A program made the translations under genes and the position numbers. Positions 24,221 to 32,000 of a stretch of DNA of 32,000 nt are shown here, in pieces. The stretch spans positions 30,001 through 62,000 of the forward strand of contig NZ_CP066018.1 of assembly GCF_016127575.1 (NCBI RefSeq). The letters are read 5' to 3'. How positions within the stretch are numbered: position 1 is the first letter of the stretch; each line of letters opens with the position of its first letter. The stretch comes from Cupriavidus necator (lineage in GTDB: Bacteria > Pseudomonadota > Gammaproteobacteria > Burkholderiales > Burkholderiaceae). The notes under the pieces are model-generated. The model saw only the letters and a list, made by a program, of their open reading frames with translations. It was not told the DNA's origin and made no database searches.

Positions 24221-24532
24221 TTATCCACGCTTGCATTCGACCTTCTCTTCATATTCACCGTCGTCCTTCCATTCGCGCTCGATCAGGCAAGGGCCGTCGC
24301 GGTACTTCTGCTTCCGCTCATAGCCACGCGGACCGCCCTTGCATTTGCGCTCTTCCTTGTATTCGCCATCGCGCTTCTGTTCGCGTTCGATTTCACAAGG
24401 GCCGCTACGGAATTTCTCTTTGTACTCACCGCCACGATATGCGCTCGGGTAGCCGCGGTCGTCGGCGCGTGCGGCAGCCGCGGCCGTCAGCCAGAGGAGC
24501 GCAAGGGTAGCCACACAGAGCTTTCGGAACAT
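24221..24532 (-). CDS. Small secreted, highly charged protein with two Cys-containing internal repeats (unknown function)
   Basis: Signal peptide MFRKLCVATLALLWLTAAAAARA-DD. Two 28-aa repeats, KFRSGPCEIEREQKRDGEYKEERKCKGG and KYRDGPCLIEREWKDDGEYEEKVECKRG, share 18/28 residues. The SD is weak, and an alternative ATG lies at 24571. Confidence 0.6.
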   Translation of the reverse strand: MFRKLCVATLALLWLTAAAAARADDRGYPSAYRGGEYKEKFRSGPCEIEREQKRDGEYKEERKCKGGPRGYERKQKYRDGPCLIEREWKDDGEYEEKVECKRG

Positions 24533-24630
24533 AAGTGGGGAATCGGTCGGGAGGATGGCAGAGCATAGCAACGGGCATCGGCGACGGCTGTATCAAAGCG
24601 TTACCGCACCGGCCGGCCATTTCCACGCAG

Positions 24631-24667
24631 AAAATAAAAAACCCGCTTGGCTATTCACCAAGCGGGT
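24631..24667 (-). terminator. Rho-independent terminator of tRNA-Pro
   Basis: On the minus strand, ACCCGCTTGGTGAATAGCCAAGCGGGT forms a hairpin followed by TTTTTTATTTT, directly after the tRNA 3' end. Confidence 0.75.
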
Positions 24668-24673
24668 TTTGTC

Positions 24674-24750
<77 letters not shown>

Positions 24751-24759
24751 AAGCAAAAG

Positions 24760-24789
24760 ATTATAACAGAAGCATTTCCCGTATGACTA
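24760..24789 (-). promoter_or_regulatory. Possible sigma70 promoter of tRNA-Pro
   Basis: On the minus strand: TAGTCA, an 18-nt spacer, then a perfect TATAAT (24760-24765) ending 9 nt before the tRNA 5' end. Confidence 0.45.
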
Positions 24790-24805
24790 GCTCCCGACGT
24801 CGAAA

Positions 24806-25231
24806 TTATCCGTGCTTCGCGATCTCCCGCAGTTGCGCGAGCAGGTGCTGCACTTCGACCAGTTCATTGCGCAGGCCGCCGATGTCGACCGACAATGCCG
24901 CCGCATTTTCTTCACCAACTTCTGCGGCCTCAGGCGCTGCCGCTGCCCCACTGTGATGACGGCCTTCATCGAGGCGATTGCGCGCGCCGTTGATGGTGAA
25001 GCCCTGTTCGTAGAGCAGTTCGCGGATGCGGCGGATCAGCAGGACTTCATGGTGCTGGTAGTAGCGGCGATTGCCGCGGCGCTTGACGGGCTTGAGTTGC
25101 GTGAACTCCTGTTCCCAATAGCGCAGGACGTGCGGCTTGACGGCGCAAAGCTCGCTCACCTCACCGATGGTGAAGTAGCGCTTGGCCGGAATCGGCGGCA
25201 ACGCGATGCGATCGCTGGATTTGTCCGACAT
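24806..25231 (-). CDS. MerR-family transcriptional regulator (conserved neighbour of ihfA)
   Basis: 141 aa. YFTIGEVSELCAVKPHVLRYWEQEFTQLKPVKRRGNRRYYQHHEVLLIRRIRELL is the canonical MerR HTH and wing. Confidence 0.88.
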   Translation of the reverse strand: MSDKSSDRIALPPIPAKRYFTIGEVSELCAVKPHVLRYWEQEFTQLKPVKRRGNRRYYQHHEVLLIRRIRELLYEQGFTINGARNRLDEGRHHSGAAAAPEAAEVGEENAAALSVDIGGLRNELVEVQHLLAQLREIAKHG

Positions 25232-25347
25232 GTGGTGTGTAGACGAGCGTCAGGCCATGCCGGCCATGCGGTTGGCGCGCACCAGGTGCGCGCCCAGAAG
25301 CATACCGATGCCGGCTTCGGGAAGCAATCCGCCGTTCGGGTGACGCG

Positions 25348-25758
25348 TCAGCCGACGATGCCGGCGCGTTCTTCCACCAGGCCCTTGAGTTTCTGGCTGG
25401 CGTGGAACGTGACCACGCGGCGCGCGGTGATTGGAATGACTTCGCCGGTCTTGGGATTGCGGCCGGGCCGCTGCGGCTTGTCGCGCAACTGGAAGTTGCC
25501 GAAGCCGGACAGCTTGACGCTGTCGCCCTGCTCCAGCGCTTCGCGGATGACGTCGAAGAAGGCCTCGACCATGTCCTTCGATTCGCGCTTGTTCAGGCCC
25601 ACCTGGTCGAACAGCATCTCGGCGAGTTCGGCCTTGGTCAGCGTGGGAACTTCGGTCGCGCGCGCATCCGGCATAGCGTCGTCAAGGGAGGAAGCCTGCC
25701 GGTCGCTCATCTCACCCAGTGCTGCAGCGGTCATGGAATTCGCGCCTCGATCATTCAT
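25348..25758 (-). CDS. ihfA: Integration host factor subunit alpha (with N-terminal extension; start codon ambiguous among ATGs at 25758, 25734, 25710, 25674)
   Basis: [86 protein letters not shown] is nearly collinear with E. coli IhfA. Confidence 0.9.
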   Translation of the reverse strand: MNDRGANSMTAAALGEMSDRQASSLDDAMPDARATEVPTLTKAELAEMLFDQVGLNKRESKDMVEAFFDVIREALEQGDSVKLSGFGNFQLRDKPQRPGRNPKTGEVIPITARRVVTFHASQKLKGLVEERAGIVG

Positions 25759-25859
25759 GTCGATCGCTCAAGTGTGTGTCTGGCGATCCGCCCGGGGCAA
25801 GCCCGGGCGCCCTTGTTTATCGTGTGTCCGTCGCGTACTTGTTGCGTACTGGCGATGGC

Positions 25860-28307
25860 TTAGCCGCGCAGCCGGGCCTGGAAGGCCTCTGTCAGCGCGT
25901 CGACCATGCAGCGCACTGCGCTGTCGACGGTTTCGTCCTGGAGGGTCGACCCAGTATCTTGCAAGGTCACCCGGAACGCAAGGCTTTTCTCGTCCGCGCC
26001 AATGGCAGCGGAAGCGCCCTTGGGACGGAACTCGTCGAACACCACCAGGCTCTGGCAGTAGCGGCCGTAGCCCTGCTTTTCCAGTGCCGCGCGCATGGCG
26101 TCGAGCAGGTCCTGCACGCGCACCGATTGCTTCACGACCACGGCCAGGTCGCGCACGGCGGCCGGGAACTTGGAGATCTCGGTGTACAACGGCAGGCCGG
26201 TGTCGCGCAGCGCGTCAAGCGCCAGTTCGAACACTACCGGGGCATGCGTCAGCTCGTATTCCTGCAGCCAGCGCGGATGCAACTCGCCGACCACGCCCAC
26301 GGCCTTGCCGTCGAGCAGCACGCGCGCGGCGCGGCCCGGGTGCAGCGCCGGGTGCGACACCGGCTCGAAGCGCGGCACGCGCGGATGGAACAGTGCCTCG
26401 ACATCGCCCTTGATGTCGAAGAAGTCGACGTTGCGCGCGGGGATGCCCCACTGCTCTTCGAACGCCGGGCCATAGGCAATGCCCGCGGCCATCATCGGCT
26501 GATCGTAGCCGGCCACCGTCAGGCCGCCATCCTTCACGCTGGCGTCGCGATGGAACACGCGGCCCACCTCGAACAGGCGCACGCGCGCAGCCTTGCGGTT
26601 CAGGTTGTAGCGCACCTTGTCGACCAGGCCGCCGATCAGCGTCGAGCGCATCACCGCCAGCTGGCTGGCGATCGGGTTCAGCAGGCGGATCGGGTTGTCG
26701 TTGGCGGCGAAGTCGCGCTCCCACTTCTCTTCGACGAAGGCGAAGTTGATGACTTCCTGGTAATCGCGCGCGGCCACGGCGTGGCGCACCACGTGGCTGG
26801 AGCGGCGGGCCTCGTTGGTCGGGCGCATCTCGCTCTCGGCGATCGGCGGACGTGCCGGGATGCGCTCGAAACCATAGATGCGGGCCACTTCCTCGATCAG
26901 GTCTTCCTCGATCTCGATATCGAAGCGGTAGCTCGGCGGCGTGACTTCAAACACCTCGCCCTCGGCGCCCTGGGTGCGTGTGAACGGCAGCTGCAGGCGC
27001 TGGAATACATCGGCGATGGCTGCAGACGACAGCTCGATGCCCAGCACGCGCTCGGCGCGCGCCACGCGCAGGCTGACCGGCTTGCGCTGCGGCAGGTTGA
27101 CCACGTGGTCGTCCACCGGGCCGGCCTGGCCGCCGCAGATCTCGAGGATCAGCGCGGTGATGCGCTCGATATGCTCGACCGTGGTGGCGTAGTCCACGCC
27201 GCGCTCGAAGCGGTGTCCGGCATCGGTCGAGAAGTTGTAGCGGCGGCCACGGCCCTGGATCGCGGCGGGCCACCAGAATGCGGCCTCGAGATAGATGTCC
27301 GTGGTGTCCAGCGTCACGGCGGTGCTGTCGCCGCCCATGATACCGGCCAGGCTTTCGATCTCCTTGTCATCGGCGATCACGCCGACCTGCTCGTCGACCT
27401 CGATGGTATTGCCGTTGAGCAGCTTGATCTGCTCGCCCTTGCGGCCCCAGCGCACGTCGAGGCCGCCGTGGATCTTGCTCAGGTCGAACACGTGCGACGG
27501 ACGGCCCAGTTCCAGCATCACGTAGTTCGAGATATCGACCAGCGCGGAAACACTGCGCTGGCCCGAGCGCTCCAGGCGCTGCACCATCCATGCCGGCGTG
27601 GCCGCGCGCGCATTCACGCCGCGGATCACGCGACCGGAGAAGCGGCCGCACAGGTCCGGCGCCGATACCTTGACCGGCAGCTTGTCCTGGATCGTCACCG
27701 GCACCGGCTTCATCTCCGGCAGGTTCAGCGCGGCACCGGTCAGCGCCGACACTTCGCGCGCCACGCCGTGGATCGACAGGCAGTCGGCCTTGTTCGGCGT
27801 CAGCTTGATGACAAAGACCTGGTCGTCCAGGTCGAGGTACTGGCGGATATCCTGGCCGACCGGCGCGTCTTCCGGCAGCACCATCAGGCCACCGTGGTCC
27901 TCCGACAGCTTGAGTTCGCGCGCCGAGCACAGCATGCCGTAGCTGTCCACGCCGCGCAGCTTGCCGATCTTGATCTCGAACGGCTTGCCGCCATCCTCGG
28001 ACGGCGGCAGCACGGCGCCGACCAGTGCGCACGGCACCAGAATGCCGGGCTTGACGTTGGGCGCGCCGCAGACGATCTGCAGGGTCTCGCCGGTGCCGGC
28101 ATCGACCTGGCACACGTTGAGGCGGTCGGCATTGGGATGGCGCTCGGTCGACAGCACGCGCGCGACCACCACCCTGTCGAACGGCGGCGCGACCGAGCCC
28201 ACTTCTTCCACTTCCAGGCCGGCCATGGTCAGCGTGTGCGACAGCGCGTCGGTGGAGATCTTTTCAGGGTTGGCGAAGGTGCGAAGCCAGGATTCCGAGA
28301 ATTGCAT
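25860..28307 (-). CDS. pheT: Phenylalanine--tRNA ligase beta subunit
   Basis: 815 aa. [36 protein letters not shown] is the typical PheT N-terminus (tRNA-binding domain), followed by B3/4, B5 and FDX-ACB regions. Synteny with pheS supports the call. Confidence 0.96.
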   Translation of the reverse strand: MQFSESWLRTFANPEKISTDALSHTLTMAGLEVEEVGSVAPPFDRVVVARVLSTERHPNADRLNVCQVDAGTGETLQIVCGAPNVKPGILVPCALVGAVLPPSEDGGKPFEIKIGKLRGVDSYGMLCSARELKLSEDHGGLMVLPEDAPVGQDIRQYLDLDDQVFVIKLTPNKADCLSIHGVAREVSALTGAALNLPEMKPVPVTIQDKLPVKVSAPDLCGRFSGRVIRGVNARAATPAWMVQRLERSGQRSVSALVDISNYVMLELGRPSHVFDLSKIHGGLDVRWGRKGEQIKLLNGNTIEVDEQVGVIADDKEIESLAGIMGGDSTAVTLDTTDIYLEAAFWWPAAIQGRGRRYNFSTDAGHRFERGVDYATTVEHIERITALILEICGGQAGPVDDHVVNLPQRKPVSLRVARAERVLGIELSSAAIADVFQRLQLPFTRTQGAEGEVFEVTPPSYRFDIEIEEDLIEEVARIYGFERIPARPPIAESEMRPTNEARRSSHVVRHAVAARDYQEVINFAFVEEKWERDFAANDNPIRLLNPIASQLAVMRSTLIGGLVDKVRYNLNRKAARVRLFEVGRVFHRDASVKDGGLTVAGYDQPMMAAGIAYGPAFEEQWGIPARNVDFFDIKGDVEALFHPRVPRFEPVSHPALHPGRAARVLLDGKAVGVVGELHPRWLQEYELTHAPVVFELALDALRDTGLPLYTEISKFPAAVRDLAVVVKQSVRVQDLLDAMRAALEKQGYGRYCQSLVVFDEFRPKGASAAIGADEKSLAFRVTLQDTGSTLQDETVDSAVRCMVDALTEAFQARLRG

Positions 28308-28364
28308 GGCGCTTCTGATCCGGTAAGTATTCTGTGTGGTCGTTGACGAGGGGACGGCGGCGCG

Positions 28365-29396
28365 TCAGGCGAACTGGCGCAGGAAGCGCACGTCGCCCTC
28401 GAAGAACAGGCGCAGGTCGTTGATGCCATAGCGCAGCATGGTCAGGCGCTCCAGGCCGGAGCCGAACGCGAAACCGATATAGCGCTCGGGATCGAGGCCC
28501 ATGTTGCGCAGCACGTTCGGATGCACCTGGCCCGAACCGGAGATCTCCAGCCACTTGCCATTGCCGAAGGCCATGTCGATCTCCGCCGACGGCTCGGTGA
28601 ACGGGAAGTACGACGGGCGGAAGCGCACCTGGATGTCATCGCGCTCGAAGAACTTGCGCAGGAAGTCTGTGTACACGCCCTTCAGGTCGGCAAAGCTGAC
28701 GTCCTCGCCGATCCACAGGCCTTCGACCTGGTTGAACATCGGCGAGTGCGTGGCGTCGCTGTCGACACGGTAGGTACGGCCCGGGCAGATCACCTTGATC
28801 GGCGGCATCGCCTTGCCGGCGTACTTCTCGACATGCATCTTGGCGTAGCGGACCTGCATCGGACTGGTATGCGTGCGCAGCAGCAACAGCTTGTCTTCGC
28901 TGTCGCGGCCATCCACGTAGAACGTGTCCTGCATCGAACGCGCCGGATGGTTGTCCGGATTGTTCAGCGCGGTGAAGTTCATCCAGTCGGTCTCGATCTC
29001 GGGGCCGTCGGCCACATCGAAACCGATCGAGCCGAAGATCTGCTCGACGCGCTCCCACGTGCGCATCACCGGGTGCAGGCTGCCGCGGCTGACCGCACGG
29101 CCAGGCAGCGTGACGTCGATGGCCTCGGCGGCCAGGCGCGCGTTCATCAGCGCATCGGCCAGCGCCTGGCGGCGTGCCTGCAGTGCGGCTTCAACCTGCT
29201 GCTTGATCTGGTTGATGCGGGCGCCTTCCGTCTTGCGGGTTTCCGGGTCGAGCTTGCCGAGGCCCTTGAGCAGTTCGGTCAGCGCGCCGGTCTTGCCCAG
29301 GAAGCGGGCCTTTTCGTTTTCCAGCGTGGCGTTGTCGTTGGCAGCAGCGAAGGCGGCCTGGGCATCGGCGACAATTTGATCCAGATCCTGAGACAT
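28365..29396 (-). CDS. pheS: Phenylalanine--tRNA ligase alpha subunit
   Basis: 343 aa from the ATG at 29396 ([20 protein letters not shown]...). Class II motifs include [37 protein letters not shown] and [18 protein letters not shown]. The 80-codon upstream extension in the track is Arg/Pro junk crossing a terminator. Confidence 0.96.
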   Translation of the reverse strand: MSQDLDQIVADAQAAFAAANDNATLENEKARFLGKTGALTELLKGLGKLDPETRKTEGARINQIKQQVEAALQARRQALADALMNARLAAEAIDVTLPGRAVSRGSLHPVMRTWERVEQIFGSIGFDVADGPEIETDWMNFTALNNPDNHPARSMQDTFYVDGRDSEDKLLLLRTHTSPMQVRYAKMHVEKYAGKAMPPIKVICPGRTYRVDSDATHSPMFNQVEGLWIGEDVSFADLKGVYTDFLRKFFERDDIQVRFRPSYFPFTEPSAEIDMAFGNGKWLEISGSGQVHPNVLRNMGLDPERYIGFAFGSGLERLTMLRYGINDLRLFFEGDVRFLRQFA

Positions 29397-29524
29397 GGCG
29401 GCGGTCGTGGGATTTTTGGCGTCGGGGCCGGTACGCACCGGTCCGACGTGGGTTGGCACTACGTGCGGTGTTCGTTTCGAATGCGGTCTCGGCAACCGGA
29501 TAGCGGCAACTGAAACGGCATTCG

Positions 29525-29558
29525 AAATAAAAACGGGGCTCGGTGAGGAGCCCCGTTT
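29525..29558 (-). terminator. Rho-independent terminator between rplT and pheS
   Basis: On the minus strand, AAACGGGGCTC-CTCACC-GAGCCCCGTTT is followed by TTATTTCG. Confidence 0.8.
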
Positions 29559-29635
29559 CAGCGGACCTTGCAGTCGGCGGTCGACCTTGCGGTCGGTGCT
29601 TGCCCGGCAGCGCTTACGCGCTGCCGCAGCCGGCA

Positions 29636-29992
29636 TCAGGCAACGGTGGCTTTCACCTGGTTGACGATGGCGGCAAAGGCAGGCTTGTCGTGAATAGCCA
29701 TGTCCGACAGCACCTTGCGGTCCAGTTCAATCGAGGCCTTCTTCAGACCGTTCATGAACACGCTGTAGGTCATGCCATGCTCACGCGTCGCGGCATTGAT
29801 ACGCGCAATCCACAGGGCGCGGAACACGCGCTTCTTGTTGCGGCGATCGCGGTATGCGTACTGGCCAGCACGCATGACCGCCTGCTTGGCGATGCGGTAG
29901 ACATTATTGCGACGGCCGCGGTAACCCTTGGCAGCGTCGATGACTTTCTTGTGACGGGCCCGTGCAGTGACCCCACGCTTTACTCGAGGCAT
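29636..29992 (-). CDS. rplT: 50S ribosomal protein L20
   Basis: [68 protein letters not shown] is the canonical L20 sequence. Confidence 0.96.
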
Positions 29993-30020
29993 GTAATTCT
30001 CCTTTCGTTTTCGTCAGGGG

Positions 30021-30218
30021 TTATGCGTAAGGCATCATCGCGCGCACCGACTTCAGGTTCGTCTCATGGACGTCCTGAGTACCGCGCAGTTGACGCTTGT
30101 TCTTGGTGGTCTTCTTGGTCAGGATGTGACGCTTGAAGGCCTGGCCACGCTTGAACGAACCGTTCGGACGTGCAGTAAAGCGCTTGGAGGCGCTTTTCTT
30201 CGTCTTCATCTTCGGCAT
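30021..30218 (-). CDS. rpmI: 50S ribosomal protein L35
   Basis: [46 protein letters not shown] (65 aa). GGAG lies upstream of the ATG (CAT at 30216-30218). Confidence 0.94.
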   Translation of the reverse strand: MPKMKTKKSASKRFTARPNGSFKRGQAFKRHILTKKTTKNKRQLRGTQDVHETNLKSVRAMMPYA

Positions 30219-30344
30219 GAAAAACTCCAGCTCATATGACATGCATGCAGGTGGACGGCTCACGCCGACGCTTGCAAGACCCGCATCCACTTGTTGTTGC
30301 ACAGCGGCCCTTGCGGACCGCGCGCGACTTCCGCACGAAGCAAC

Positions 30345-30367
30345 GCCGGGATGCCTGGCATCCCGGC
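30345..30367 (-). other. Hairpin just downstream of infC (partial terminator or part of the rpmI-rplT leader)
   Basis: GCCGGGATGCC-T-GGCATCCCGGC is a near-perfect palindrome 19 nt after the infC stop. In E. coli the rpmI leader is the L20 translational operator, but I cannot verify an equivalent pseudoknot here. Confidence 0.3.
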
Positions 30368-30385
30368 CGCTGCACCGCGCAGGAA

Positions 30386-30907
30386 TTACTTCTTCTTCTT
30401 GGGGGCGAGCACCATCACCATCTGGCGCCCTTCCATCTTCGGCATCTGCTCGACCTGGCCGATTTCTTCCAGGTCCGCCTTCAGGCGTTCGAGCATGCGC
30501 GCGCCGATTTCCTGGTGCGCCATCTCGCGACCACGGAACCGCAGCGTGATCTTGGTCTTGTCGCCGTCTTCCAGGAAGCGCTTCAGGTTGCGCAGCTTGA
30601 CGTTGTAGTCGCCATCATCCGTACCCGGCCGGAACTTGACTTCCTTGACCTGGATGATTTTCTGCTTCAGCTTCGCCTCGTGGGCGCGCTTGGCTTCCTC
30701 GTACTTGAACTTCCCGTAATCCATGATCCGGGCGACGGGCGGAACCGCGTTCGGCGCGATCTCGACCAGGTCCAAGTCCTTATCTTCAGCCAGCCGGAGC
30801 GCGTCCATGAACTTGACGATGCCGAGCTGTTCGTTATCAACCCCTACCAGGCGCAGCTCAGGCGCGCTGATTTCCCGGTTGATGCGATGACCTTTGTCCG
30901 TAGCGAT
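30386..30907 (-). CDS. infC: Translation initiation factor IF-3, non-AUG (ATC) start
   Basis: (I/M)[69 protein letters not shown]... is collinear with IF-3. The reading frame opens only 2 codons upstream (TAA CGC AAC ATC). The conserved N-terminus precedes the first ATG (30808) by 33 codons. GAGG lies 9 nt upstream of the ATC (30905-30907). Confidence 0.9.
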   Translation of the reverse strand: MATDKGHRINREISAPELRLVGVDNEQLGIVKFMDALRLAEDKDLDLVEIAPNAVPPVARIMDYGKFKYEEAKRAHEAKLKQKIIQVKEVKFRPGTDDGDYNVKLRNLKRFLEDGDKTKITLRFRGREMAHQEIGARMLERLKADLEEIGQVEQMPKMEGRQMVMVLAPKKKK

Positions 30908-30955
30908 GTTGCGTTACCTCAAGAAGACAAAAAAACAAGCCGTGCTCACCACCCA

Positions 30956-32000
30956 TCAGGCTTTGCTGGCGACGTCGTTTTTCAGACGCTCAACAAACGC
31001 GGAGACGGGCATCACACCCAGATCCACGTTGCCACGGGCACGCACGGCCACTTGACTGGCATCCCGCTCCTTGTCGCCCACTACCAGCAGGTAGGGAACC
31101 TTTTGAAGCGAATGCTCGCGGATTTTATACGTAATTTTCTCATTACGCAAATCAGCCTTGGCCCTAAACCCTTGTTTTTGCAGCAATTGCACGACGCTTT
31201 CGGCGTATTCCGCCTGCGAATCCGCAATATTCATGACCACCACCTGCTCCGGGGCCAGCCAGGCCGGCAGCGCACCGGCGTGGTTTTCCAGCAGGATGCC
31301 CAGGAAACGCTCGAACGAGCCCAGGATGGCCCGGTGCAGCATCACCGGGCGCTTGCGCGAATTGTCCTCGGAGACGTATTCGGCATCCAGGCGCTCCGGC
31401 AGCACCAGGTCAAGCTGCAGCGTGCCGCACTGCCACGAGCGGCCGATCGCGTCCTTGATGTGGTACTCGACCTTGGGGCCGTAGAACGCGCCCTCGCCCG
31501 GCAGCTCCTCCCAATCCACGCCGCAGGCGCGCAGCGCCAGGCGCAGGCCCTCTTCGGCGTGATCCCAGATCTCGTCGGAGCCGGCACGCTGGTCCGGGCG
31601 CAGCGACAGCTTGACCTTCACATCCTTGAAGCCGAAGTCGTCGTAGACCGAGAACGCCAGTTCGTTGAAGGCCTTGGCCTCCGCCACGATCTGCTCTTCC
31701 GTGCAGAAGATGTGCGCATCATCCTGCACAAAGCCGCGCACGCGCATCAGCCCGTGCAGCGCGCCCGACGGCTCGTTGCGGTGGCAGGCGCCGAACTCGG
31801 CCAGGCGCAGCGGCAGGTCGCGGTACGAACGCAGGCCGTGGTTGAAGATCTGCACATGGCCCGGGCAGTTCATCGGCTTGATCGCGTAGTCGCGCTTCTC
31901 CGACTCCGTGACGAACATATTCTCCTTGTAGTTCTGCCAGTGGCCGGACTTTTCCCAAAGCGAACGATCCATCACCTGCGGCGTACGAACCTCATCGTAG
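30956..32000 (-). CDS. thrS: Threonine--tRNA ligase, C-terminal ~348 codons (5' part outside the window)
   Basis: ...[21 protein letters not shown]...NCPGHVQIF...[39 protein letters not shown]...QCGTLQLD... plus an anticodon-binding domain. The frame stays open to the window edge. Confidence 0.95.
   Translation of the reverse strand, partial: YDEVRTPQVMDRSLWEKSGHWQNYKENMFVTESEKRDYAIKPMNCPGHVQIFNHGLRSYRDLPLRLAEFGACHRNEPSGALHGLMRVRGFVQDDAHIFCTEEQIVAEAKAFNELAFSVYDDFGFKDVKVKLSLRPDQRAGSDEIWDHAEEGLRLALRACGVDWEELPGEGAFYGPKVEYHIKDAIGRSWQCGTLQLDLVLPERLDAEYVSEDNSRKRPVMLHRAILGSFERFLGILLENHAGALPAWLAPEQVVVMNIADSQAEYAESVVQLLQKQGFRAKADLRNEKITYKIREHSLQKVPYLLVVGDKERDASQVAVRARGNVDLGVMPVSAFVERLKNDVASKA

Noticed and set aside
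25719-28346. 875-aa plus-strand ORF antisense to pheT
   Set aside because: This is the same shadow-ORF phenomenon. The product is low-complexity and Arg/Ala/His-rich, while the minus frame encodes a complete, recognisable PheT.

Overview
This is a high-GC (by eye about 65%) betaproteobacterial chromosome segment. Gene content and order resemble Cupriavidus/Ralstonia (Burkholderiaceae); that assignment is an inference from memory, since no search was possible. Most of the window is core housekeeping DNA. It carries a LuxR-type regulator 3' end, a membrane protein, folD, prlC and xthA (prlC/xthA share an ATGA stop/start overlap), a MarR/HpaR-like regulator and a SulP-STAS anion transporter. It also carries a DUF1488-like gene and two identical tRNA-Lys(CUU) genes bracketing a LysR regulator plus an 8-oxoguanine-deaminase-like amidohydrolase. 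Further along are a Bug/TctC-type solute receptor, a YgfH/ScpC-like CoA-transferase, a divergent MarR-like gene and the ~1600-aa NAD-specific glutamate dehydrogenase. On the minus strand lies the conserved block thrS-infC-rpmI-rplT-pheS-pheT-ihfA-merR-tRNA-Pro(GGG). The unusual part is roughly 20.5-24.7 kb. It holds a string of small, unrecognisable minus-strand genes: a membrane-anchored protein, two 4-Cys zinc-ribbon mini-proteins, and a degenerate HigA-like 'antidote' protein with no toxin partner. These diverge from a promoter whose -10 element is overlapped by a textbook LexA (SOS) box, TACTGT-N8-ACAGTA. That promoter drives an unknown 86-aa ORF and possibly a DUF985 cupin. Next comes a lower-GC islet abutting the 3' end of tRNA-Pro. 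The islet holds a BrnT/BrnA toxin-antitoxin pair in which BrnT has no canonical start codon and BrnA carries a ~90-aa in-frame C-terminal extension. It also holds a small secreted Cys-repeat protein. A second small secreted protein, with KFDPYTDGAK tandem repeats, lies at 12.5 kb. No CRISPR array, transposase, integrase or rRNA gene was seen. Many very long ORFs in the track are antisense shadows of real genes in GC-rich DNA and were rejected.
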